The notes below the pieces were generated by a model. It was not told the origin of the DNA. It saw nothing but the letters and a program-made list of their open reading frames with translations, and did not search any database. Shown piece after piece: positions 1-10,566 of a stretch of DNA of 64,000 bases (position 1 is the stretch's first letter; each line of letters starts with the position of its first letter). Position numbers and translations under genes: made by a program. Source of the DNA: Polymyxa betae A26-41 (lineage: Eukaryota > Protista > Endomyxa: Phytomyxea); assembly GCA_003693705.1 (NCBI GenBank), contig RBZT01000553.1, forward strand, positions 1-64,000, written 5' to 3'.

Positions 1-165
1 GATTTTCCACGCATGCAAACACGCACCGCTGGCAGACCGTAAAATTTCAAGCATGCGCGATTTATTCAAAAATGTCCAATCACGCACGCAATCACGCAAC
101 CGCTGTCAAAGCTGCCTAAAGTCAAGATTCCAAGAAACATATTGAATAGAAGTATGTGAAATATA

Positions 166-1778
166 TTAATTAGATAGTAGTTGAATCTGTCCAGATAATT
201 GCATCATATTTGGTCTTAGATCAACTTGTTCATTGACAATATGAAATAGTTGTGATACAATAGATGATATTAATGTAGAAGTAGATATAACATGAGAATA
301 TATATCTAATATACAATCAATAACTTCAAGTAATATCTCTGTCATATTTGGTTGTAAAATATGACGAAGAATAAACTTGAGTACTGGTTCTAATTGCGTA
401 TCTTGACGTCCTGATAATGCAACAGATAGAGCTTGTCTAGCACGTAATTCAGATAATAATGCAATTATAATCTGAGGATTAGAAGTATTTAATGCAGCAT
501 CCAATGCAGCACTAAATTCATATCTCTTTAAATGTTGATCATATGGCTGTAAATTAGGACCAGATCCATACGAGATACGATAATCTTCTGCATGCATAGA
601 GGTATCTGACCGAGCACCTCTCATGAAATATCTCTTTGTGCTAGAATTAGCATCTGGTAATGGAGATGGTGTATGACCAGGTCGACGTAATCGTAGAGAT
701 AATTGTCCATCTGCCATGCCAACAGCTAATGCATCATCACGAACTGCTATAGATACTATAGCAGCCTATAATAACAATATATCAGATCAGAACCTATCAA
801 TAAACAGCACACATACAGGTAAGGAGGTCTGATAACGATGTTCGAATGTGTTGATATCATAGAAATGTAATTGTTGATCAGAAGATCCAGTAATAAGAGA
901 TTGATGAGATCTATGTTCACTAATACATGTTATAGGATTAGCAATAGAATGTATAACTCGATCTGCAATAAGATCAACAATCTGTAGACCATATTGTCCA
1001 GCAGCAGCTAATAATGAGCAACTACTTCCTAATAATCGTATAGCAGAACATGGTCCAGGAACAGATATCAGACGTTGCTGTGTAGCAACACGAGTATCCC
1101 AGAATCTAATAGTATGATCATATGATGATGATATCAATAATGATGACATTTGAGTAATTGATCGAATCTGATCTTCATGTCCAGATAATGTACGAATACA
1201 TTTTCCAGTAGGTAGATCCCATATCTTTACTGTTTTATCATCAGATCCTGAATATAATTCCTGACCTGATTCCATAGAGAATCCACATACACGAACCTGC
1301 ATATAAATTATACAAATGTAATCAACATGAAATAGGCATCACTCACCGCATCCGAATGCCCTTTAAATTCTTTAAGAAGTACACGAGAATTGACATCGAA
1401 TACTTTGAGACGATTATCTTTAGTGCCGGTAGCAATAAGAGCTCCATCTTGACGATACGAACATGATACAACAACATCTTTAAATTTGGTGATATTCTTC
1501 ATAGATTTCAATGTAGATCCATGATATATATGTACACGTGTAGATGATGTTAATGCTAGATTATATGGTGCTACTGGTGAGAATTCCATACATGATATAG
1601 AACCTATATGAGCAGAACATTCAATGGCCTAATACAAATATTGAATAAACCATCATTGTAATATTCATCATATAACCTTATATGTATGCCAATAACGATA
1701 TTCAGATGATATTTCTCTATCATCATGGACACCACCAACACCTTCCGTCTTCTGAAAACCACCCAGATTCTCCATCAT
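166..1778 (-). CDS. UTP15: U3 snoRNA-associated protein 15 (WD40 repeats plus UTP15 C-terminal domain), multi-exon
   Basis: WD40 exons (SGSDDKTVKIWD, SSYDHTIRFWD) and a C-terminal region with LQPYDQHLKRYEFSAALDAAL...ELRARQALSVALSGR. First exon MMENLGGFQ...EYRYWHTYK, joined by GT-AG introns. Confidence 0.88.
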
Positions 1779-1943
1779 GATCTCAAATCTGATCTGGAAC
1801 GAGTCTGCGGAGTCCGTCACGGAATTGTTCCGCCGTCCCCTTTAAATTTTCACAAAATTCGGAAAACTTTTTTCATATTTCGACACTTTGGCGTCATAAT
1901 ATTATTGTGACTCGGCCTTGTCTCTTTATAGTATCTAATAACA

Positions 1944-2328
1944 ATGTCTGATAAGAATAAGGTCACATTCAAGATCACTCTGGCATCAGATCCTAAGCTA
2001 CCATTCCGAGTGTAATCAATACACTCATTCCTGCCATGGACCAGTACGTTCTGATATGATCATACAGAGTGAGTGTTCCAGAAGCAGCTCCATTCACAGC
2101 TGTTGTTAAGTATGTAGCAACTGAGTTTAAGGTTACTGCTGATACAAGTGCTATTATCACTAATGATGGAATTGGAGTTCAATTAAATCAAACATCAGGT
2201 AGGTTTATTCAACTGGGGGTCGTACTGTCTCATGGGGTTAACTGGCTCTATAATCAGGGAATGTGTTCTTGAAACATGGCTCTGAATTACGAATGATTCC
2301 ACGAGATCGTGTTGGATTCTGCCAATAA
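1944..2328 (+). CDS. UFM1: Ubiquitin-fold modifier 1 (3 exons)
   Basis: Spliced translation [45 protein letters not shown]...[11 protein letters not shown]...[22 protein letters not shown]. Confidence 0.96.
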
Positions 2329-2466
2329 ACCCACCTCGTCAATTATTTGTATAAAATCTCCTCATTCATTGCCTGCTGTATTAAATGTTGAGTCAACATT
2401 GTTGTGATTCCGATGGTTTCCAGTTTCGACTCCTTCCGACATTCCAAATTCTTCCAAAACAGAACG

Positions 2467-3090
2467 ATGGCTGTACTGACTCTTCTGCAGCAATTTATCA
2501 CGTTCATCAAGCGTGGTAGTGTGATTGATCTGGCAATTGGTATGGTGTTGGGTGCTGCTTTTACTGGAATCGTCAAATCACTATGTGATGATCTCTTCAT
2601 GCCAATCTTCTCACTTCTCTTCCCATACAAACTTAATGAGAATTTCGTCATGTTGAAATGTTCAAATGCACAAGGATTGATGGGCTGGAGATTGGGTGCT
2701 CATTGTGCTGCACGATATGGACCAAATGGAAAGCCATCATTAGCACAAGCTATTCAAGATGGGACATTGATTTGGAACTATGGAGCGTTTATACAAGCTG
2801 TGATCACGTTCGTGATAATGGCATGGATGGTATTCATTGTAGTAAAAGTGTACATGACCATATTGAACATTGAACGTGATCCTGGTAAAGCATGCCGATT
2901 TTGTAAGGAGAACATTCATAGTGAAGCTATGAGATGTCCAAGATGCACGTCACAAGTTGAAGTACAACAAGAGTCTTCTGATGATGAAACTGAGACCAAT
3001 AGAGAGGCACCTGAAACTGATCAATCAGGACGTGGTGCTGAAGCTAACAAAGATAGAGCTGCTCTATATCATGTTCAAAACAAAGTGTGA
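2467..3090 (+). CDS. mscL: Large-conductance mechanosensitive channel MscL-like, copy 1 (intronless)
   Basis: FITFIKRGSVIDLAIGMVLGAAFTGIVKSLCDDLFMP (TM1), NYGAFIQAVITFVIMAWMVFIVV (TM2), C-terminal CRFC...RCPRC and an acidic tail. Confidence 0.9.
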   Translation: MAVLTLLQQFITFIKRGSVIDLAIGMVLGAAFTGIVKSLCDDLFMPIFSLLFPYKLNENFVMLKCSNAQGLMGWRLGAHCAARYGPNGKPSLAQAIQDGTLIWNYGAFIQAVITFVIMAWMVFIVVKVYMTILNIERDPGKACRFCKENIHSEAMRCPRCTSQVEVQQESSDDETETNREAPETDQSGRGAEANKDRAALYHVQNKV

Positions 3091-3263
3091 CCCCAATACA
3101 ATCACCTATTGCATGCAATCCCTGTTTATCAATGATAATGAGGAGAGACCCATAACATCCCTCCAAATGTTCTGTCTAAATTGTACTTTACTTGAGAGGT
3201 CATCAATTCACCGGCCGAGATTATCACCATCATGATCACTATGATAACCAAAATCTGCAACCA

Positions 3264-5447
3264 TCATAGAACAGCAGCGGTTTGACTAACAAGATCATTA
3301 GTCAATGTAGTTAGTTCGGGTTCATCTTTAGCAATGGCAGGAGCCGGTACTGATGCCTCCATAACCGCCGGTACTGGCCCCGAGGCTGACGTCATGCTGG
3401 GTGCTGTAGACTCGATATCATGATTTGGTGGTGCTAAAGAGATAGGTGTTAATCCATCATTAGATGCAGGTGAATCAGTAGGTTGTGCTTCTCTAGCATC
3501 TTCCAAGGCAGATTCAGTTGGTGTCATAGGCTGATCAGATGATCCCTTCCCGCTAACATCTGTTTTCACTTTCTTATTCTCCTCTTCTGGTTCCGTTCCT
3601 TCACGAACACGGGACTTCTTCCTGCTCTTCTTCTTGGACTTCTTCTTCTCTGGCCTCCTCTCATCGCCGAACACGATATCAGGCAGGCTATTGCTCCTCA
3701 TATGATGGATCTCGATGCGCATGCCTTCCTCTCGGAAAGCGTATTCATTGACAATGAAGAGGAAGTAACTGACCTGACTGGACAGATCCACAGAACGTGG
3801 ACCAGTACCGGCGGGTGCTAAATCAAAATCCAGACCAATAAAGAAACATTCTCCAACTTCCGTCCGTTGCTCTACAAGAGTCTTATCGGCAACAATATTG
3901 GTGACTTCTACAGATCTAGGTGGAAGTGGGAAATGTTTAGGTACTGGATAAGCTTCACAGTTGGGAATTGAGTCCACATTCTTGATTAACAGCCGGATTT
4001 TAGCCTCTACCCAACCCAGCCATTTATGCAGCTGGTCTTTATTTTTGGCATAGGCACAGATCTGCAGGAAATCCCGATGTTCCAGAAAGATTTCCGACGT
4101 GGCGATCAGTCGTTTATAGTCTTCAACTGTGAACAGACGATGACCAATGGATTCGGTCAGCTCATAGCCACGATGAAGTTCCCGTTTTAACATGCGTCTG
4201 GTAGCTGTTGAAACATTGTAGGTAGAGTTCATACTGGGATATGCTGGGGTTAACACGGGAAACAAATCATTTCGCTCACGTGGATTGACATTCGGATTCC
4301 AAACCGGTAAACCTGTCGATAAAATCAGCAATGGAACGAGAAGAAAGAGTTGGGAAATCACTGAAACAACTGCTAAAAACCCAACAACCAAATAAAAGAA
4401 AGCTTAAAAAGTAGTTGCTGCTGTAATATACCAAGTGTTGGATCATCTTCAACATCACATAGAACAACAGGACGAGGCCACCGCCAAATATCAAAGACTG
4501 TCATGAATTTCTGCAAAAGCAGACTGGGTGCAGCATTCGGATAGAGCTGACAAACCCTTGCTGTTAGAATCGCCCAAGAAACACCACCTATCAAGCTTTC
4601 AAAAACGTCCATCGAAGCACTTGTGAGTTATGGTACCGAGGAAACCGAATACGTTGCCATAAATGCCCCGATTTCTGGCCCAAAGTTTAATCAACCTGAG
4701 AGTAGTTCGAAATGTGTTCTTATTGGGGACTTGTGCCAGGATTGTATCAGTGACACGAACACCGTTTAGCGATCGAATGCTTTGCTCGTCGATATTGTGC
4801 AGGAGGTCATTCTTGAAGATATTCATCTGTGCAGGAAGGCGATCTAAAGCCAACTGTGCATATAGCAGATCGATATCGATATCATCAAATGTAAATTTAA
4901 TGACTGGAACATATGCATCCAGGACAGCTGTTAAATCCGATACTTTTTCATTAGCGTTTAATACATCGACCAATCGGGTGAATATTAATTCCCGAGTTAA
5001 ATGTCTCGGCCCAACAATCAATGTATCAATATCAGCACCAGCAACATGAACACCTGATCTCATATTACACATATTGTATAGGATTCAGGTCGAATAAATA
5101 CCTAGCCGATACGAGCCGAATGTATAGAGATGTAATCGTGCTTCATTGGCGATATGCTCTCCAAGACCAAGTTCCAAAGTCATTTCTCGTGCCCATCGCT
5201 GACATATTTGATTCAATGTCCCGAGGACAGATTCTCTCCTACGATCATCACCATTACAAAACCATCAGCAATACATCTATCAACTATCAACATGCCTGAT
5301 AGACTCTTGTCTGGACTCCAACAGATTCTCCTGGGCCAAGACCTCCTCCAAGACGGCCGAATTATGAATATCGATATCGGAAGGTTCATCGAGAGAAACC
5401 GGAGGCGATACGCCAAGCGGCGGTCCCGTATAGGGTTCGATTTTCAT
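3264..5447 (-). CDS. PAP1: Canonical poly(A) polymerase, multi-exon
   Basis: [68 protein letters not shown]; K-rich NLS-like tail. Confidence 0.95.
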
Positions 5448-5720
5448 GGGAGGTTCGGAGGAGATGGATGCAACGATGATTTAGATGGGGCAGATGACAG
5501 ATTGATGCCAGAGGGTGGATCTGTGACTAAATCCAGATCTAAGATATAAGATGTACCTGATGATGGCACCACAAACACAGACACCCCTCTTGTAATTGAT
5601 TTCTTCATTCGGCAATCATACCGCAACACAATTATATGCGTAATCCCTCTACATACACCATCATACATACTACAAACCCTAAAGTACACACACGCCTGTA
5701 TAGATCATTCAGAATAGATT

Positions 5721-8700
5721 TTATCTGGAATTTAATTCATCATATTGCGGTCGATATCCCTGATGTAGAGGTAGAGCTGGTCGTAAATGGGATCCTCGTC
5801 TGGGTTGGTTAAGAATACTTTGCGCTTGTTGCAATAAAATCTGGTTTCGAATTGATAGATGAGCATTGGTGCTTTGGGCCGCCTCCGTCTCAGCTTTTAG
5901 AAGTGCAACACGAACCTGTAGTCGACTAACAGCTTTCAACGAATTCAGCGTCGTATTGTGCATATTTCGACGTAATCGTTCCCTTTTGTCAGTTTCGATG
6001 ATGTGAAGATCGACTGCGCCAATTTTTGCAACAATGGATAGAAATGTCTCAGAGCTTAGTCTTTCCTTGCCCTGATCCATCCAAATAATCTCTGAAAGCC
6101 GTTTTTTCCTGTGGCCTCCTTTCAAACCGAACTGTAAGAAGTACTCTTCGCGACTTGCTTTCGGCACTATCTTTGCTAAAGCAGTATAGATCTGGCGCCT
6201 TTCATTGGTTAACATCTCTTTGGCACGCTTGTTGGACTCCGCCGATCTCGTACTCAGATCATTCTGTAATCTGTGAACTTCTTCGATGTGCATCATCCAA
6301 GACAAATAAGATGGATTCTCCAAAATCACCCAGAACTGTGAACGATAGTTCAGAGGACTGTGAAGCACAGACCAGAGCTCCAGAAGTTTCGTTCGACAAG
6401 AGGCAATCCCTTCTTGTATGACGCATGCTTGATGGCGCCGTACCCGAATCGCACGAAAACGAGCTTGGGTTCTTATGATGAGCGTTAGGGTTTCTAAATA
6501 CCTAAACTCAGCAATTTAGCAATCAACAAAAATGAGCAAGATGAAGATAACCTTCGCCTATGCAACTGCATTCGGATTTTAGATTGAATTCGAATCACGC
6601 CGGATATGATACGCCTATATTGTGAGACGGCAGTGGCACTCCTCAGTGCAGCTTGTATCATGATAGCGCAAGACAGTTTGTTCTCATAATGCTTCAGATT
6701 TAAATAAGCATTGAATGCGCTAGAAATGATGGTAGATGCGGCAGCATACTGTAATAAGGCACGATGTGCACGATTTAGATAGACTCTGAAAGCGGCTTGC
6801 GATATTAAAACTGCTTGCCTCAATTTGAGATAGAAGACCCGATCATCTATAAATTTCGCAGCTCTTCGCAACTTTCTGTAAGATCTTCGTGGTTTATAGC
6901 CGCGATAATGCCTTTGAATAACAATGGCAACTTTTCGCAGCCTATCCCATGATTGAAATTGCGGCACGATTCGCCCTTTCATCAACTCGGTGTTCACCCG
7001 TCTTGCTAACGTCGACACAATCTGTCGACGTTCTTTACTCACGAACGATTCGACTGTTCGAATGGATCCGATCAGATCAGGACGGAGCTGAGGGAACTGA
7101 TCGTATTCGAAATTCGTCCCGGTAATTCCGGATTGACTTGGGAAAGGAGAGACGAAAGTTGTCGTTATATCATTAGAGCGATCGTCAAGGAAAGGAGTAG
7201 AGCGATGCATGTGGAAGTTCGAGCGGTTCATTTTTGCGACAATGCATTCGTCAAAGAAACGGACTTCAGCCAGAGCCTCCGGGTCGTTTGCAGCACAAGC
7301 TGGCGTCCACCGGTCGCGAATAAACCGCTCGAACATTTGTGTTTCGGTGAGAACAGACAGTATCGGGCGAAACGAGTCAGAAGCTTCCCGCAAGCAGGCA
7401 GCTCGATCAAATTGGCATCGTGAATCGCGATCATCGTCAGCATCTCTATCAGTGTCTGTCCGGTTATCGAAAGGAATCAAGTACTGACGATATTTGCCCA
7501 GAATTTTCACCATGAAGCGAAGAAATAGTTCTCGGATCGCTTCTGCATCAAACTTGGATGTGGAATCATAGTTGCCAGCAGGATTAGGTTTCGCTGGAGA
7601 CCCACGCTTGAAACGATTTAAGATCTTCTTCGTTGAATCTGTTCGAGTGGCAACCGGAGATGAGACCGCATCGGAAACAATCAGTCCACCTTCGCCAAAC
7701 TTCTCAATAGGCATTAACTGATCTGAAAATGGAAATGCCAAGTCGATATCATCTCGTCCATTTAAAAGAACCCCAGACACCAACGGTCGCAGCGAATCCA
7801 GCAATTTTTTCAGCGGCTTTTCAGGGAGAGGAGGCAGCGCATCTTGAGACGGCAGGCTAGCTTCATTGGCGTCGAGATTGAAGAAAATCACTTCCGCAGG
7901 AATCGAAATGGGATTCGATTCCTGAAGATATGACGACGAGATTCCGGCGATGAAAGGGACTGGAGCATGAACAAATTCAGCCAACCTGCGGGGCAATACA
8001 GGCATATAGACGCCTTGCCAAGATAAAGGAAAGATGAGAGCACAAGCTGCTTCGCAAACGTCTAACAGAACGGAACGTTGCGAGGAACAAATCACTATTT
8101 TCTGCTCAGTTAACATAGCAGTAATTAAAGCCATGATATTATTCAGATTCAGACACTGAAATAATGTCATCATACGACAATCGCAAAGAGGTAGCTGATT
8201 TGGAGGCGGACGGGATAACCGAAGCGTCTGGTCGGCAACAGAAAACTGAACGGCAACTTTGCCGGGAGGAGGGACAGGGACCTCAAATATAAAATTTGAA
8301 ATGTACCGTTCGATTGGCAGAGGAGCACTTGACAGAGATATGCGATAAATCATTGATATCCATTTCTCAAATACGTTGAGAAATGGCCAATGAGACACAA
8401 TAAGAATGCATTTGGGAGAAAATAGCGACTGATCGGTTAGATTGGAGACACCTTTGACGCCAGAAAGCAGCCCATGGCTCTTCCTGGATTCGCCATCAGC
8501 ACAGGATGCTTCCAGTTCAACGATTTCCATAGGTGTCATAATCTCCCAAAACAGCAATCCTACAACGTACTGTCTCGTTCCAACAGCTGAAGTCAATGTG
8601 AATCCAACACGTGCTGGAGGAAAATGGATTGCACTCAGAGTGATATCTTCAGGAAATACGAAAGGCTCCAGGGAGTTCGGAGGAAGCGGGAAATCGCTAT

Positions 8701-9351
8701 GGTCCTGCACAGGAAGACGATCCAGAATCTTGGGCTCAAATTTTAGATCATCAGAGCGAGTCCCGCGACCGAGAACCACAAAATAATCAATAAGTCTTAA
8801 AGGAACAGAAGACTGCTGCGAATTACTGTTCGACGAAGCAATTCGGCGATGATGATCCGTCTTTTTGGCAGAGCCATTGTTGACGAAAGCCTTATCAAGA
8901 TACTTCGAACGTATGAACTTCGTACGAAGGTTCAATGGCGAACCTGGAGTTGGTTTAACACCAGCAGGAAGGGAATACTCATAGATCTCATTAGCAGCTT
9001 TGTTGCCAAAATTCTGAATGTTGACAAGCTGCGATGCATCCCATTGATCCAAAGTAATTGAGCGGATGACACTGAGGTTAACACCTAATGAGCGATGAGC
9101 GCTTGCACATTTCGTACAAACAAGAATTCCAAATGTTATTGATGCCCATTCAGGATCACTAAAATACTCGTTGTCATTAGATGCAATGAGAAGATCATCA
9201 GTAGCCCAGACCTTTGGTCACAATCAGCACAATTTTGATTCCCTGGACGTTCCATCTCCCGCCATAGCTTGGCCATGAGCTGCTTCTGATCTATTTGGGC
9301 TTCATTGCTATTTACATGTCTCCTAGAGCTTTCTTGCCTCTGAATAAGCAT
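5721..9351 (-). CDS. ArfGAP + DENN (uDENN/cDENN/dDENN) + IQ repeats + DUF3490-like C-terminus
   Basis: PGNQNCADC...CTKCASAHRSLG (ArfGAP zinc finger); LIDYFVVLG, FVFPED, WQGVYMPVLP, APVPFIAGI, ETQMFERFI (DENN); IQRHYRGY and IQAALRS (IQ); LLELWSVLHSPLNYRSQFW...REEYFLQFGL...RKKRLSEIIW. Confidence 0.82.
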
Positions 9352-9685
9352 AACGTAGAGAGCCTGACGACTCCCAAGACAACAGCCCTGCCAGTCTCTA
9401 AATCCAGAGACCTACAATCGTACCAGATGTCAGAATACTAAAAATTGGAAATTGCTCTGGGAAGAGTAACTGCAGATAGGGAGAGTAGGGAGTGATGCGG
9501 CCCCAACCACCTCCTACCTAACAATCTGCTAAAGGTTACCTTTCAGACCCTCCAGAGTCTCACATTAATATTCTCCGAGGATCATCTCATCCTATCCTAG
9601 AAAATCTCTACAATCCTGCTAGACACCACTGCTGCTAGAGTCAACTAATGTTTTGTTAAATCGAAGCCGGAATAGCAAATTTTAT

Positions 9686-10174
9686 TCACATGGCTCTGAT
9701 TGATGGGTAGCTGTCGTCAACGGTCAGCTGTCCTGCACAATGCTGGCACCTGGTAGCTTTGATGTTAACAGGCTGGATGCAATGAGTGCACTTCTTGTCT
9801 TCAGCGGCAGGCGCTGGCTTGCGAATACGCATGTAAGCGCGTAGGATCAAGAACAGTACAAAGGCAGTAAACACGAATTGCAGCGCTATTTCAAATGTGT
9901 GGCCATATGCAAAGACGATTGCTCCTTTGTCTTTAGCTTCTTTCAATGTCTGATAAGGTATGGCACATTTGCCATCGTCTTGATCTGGGCATCGTAAATG
10001 GATGAATAGATTCTCAAAAGAGACGGGGAACATCCATTCGATGATGGGTGACAGCATATCAGCAACGATGGCGTTGACAACAGCTGTGAATGCAGCACCG
10101 ATGACGACACCGATGGCTAAATCCAGGATATTGCCGCGGCATAGGAAGTCTTTGAAATCAGACAGAAAGCCCAT
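9686..10174 (-). CDS. mscL: Large-conductance mechanosensitive channel MscL-like, copy 2 (intronless)
   Basis: MGFLSDFKDFLCRGNILDLAIGVVIGAAFTAVVNAIVADMLSP, AYGHTFEIALQFVFTAFVLFLIL, C-terminal CTHC...ATRCQHC. Confidence 0.93.
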   Translation of the reverse strand: MGFLSDFKDFLCRGNILDLAIGVVIGAAFTAVVNAIVADMLSPIIEWMFPVSFENLFIHLRCPDQDDGKCAIPYQTLKEAKDKGAIVFAYGHTFEIALQFVFTAFVLFLILRAYMRIRKPAPAAEDKKCTHCIQPVNIKATRCQHCAGQLTVDDSYPSIRAM

Positions 10175-10566
10175 GATGCTAGTTTAGAGATTCGAAGGTT
10201 TAGGGATTATAAGATGCTACCGTGCAGTTAAAGTTTAGAAATCCAAAATGAGAAGACCTTGGGCAGGCCGGACGATGACGTAATCCATTGCCAGCTTCCG
10301 GCTAAAGACGATTGATCTCCCGGTTCAATGACTTTTGGTGCAATCATTTCACGTCAATCTGACCGGATAGGTTGGACTTGTGTCTCATCTACGTATACGA
10401 TATCATAATGATTAACATATAAAGACGAATGTTTGTGTAACATTATGGGGTGGGACAGAAACGGTTTTGACTTTTGAGCGACCTCTACATCCCTACCAGT
10501 CTCAGATATACAGATGCACTTTATCATCTGATCTATGCACTACCCCAGATCTGTCATTCCTATATT

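Noticed and set aside
6484-6492. TTAGGGTTT telomere-like word in the DENN gene
   Set aside because: A single copy that falls in a coding exon (E-T-L-T codons); expected by chance.
2467-10174. Bacterial contamination as the source of the mscL genes
   Set aside because: Both are embedded among spliced eukaryotic genes with short intergenic gaps and similar composition. Read-level confirmation would still be prudent.
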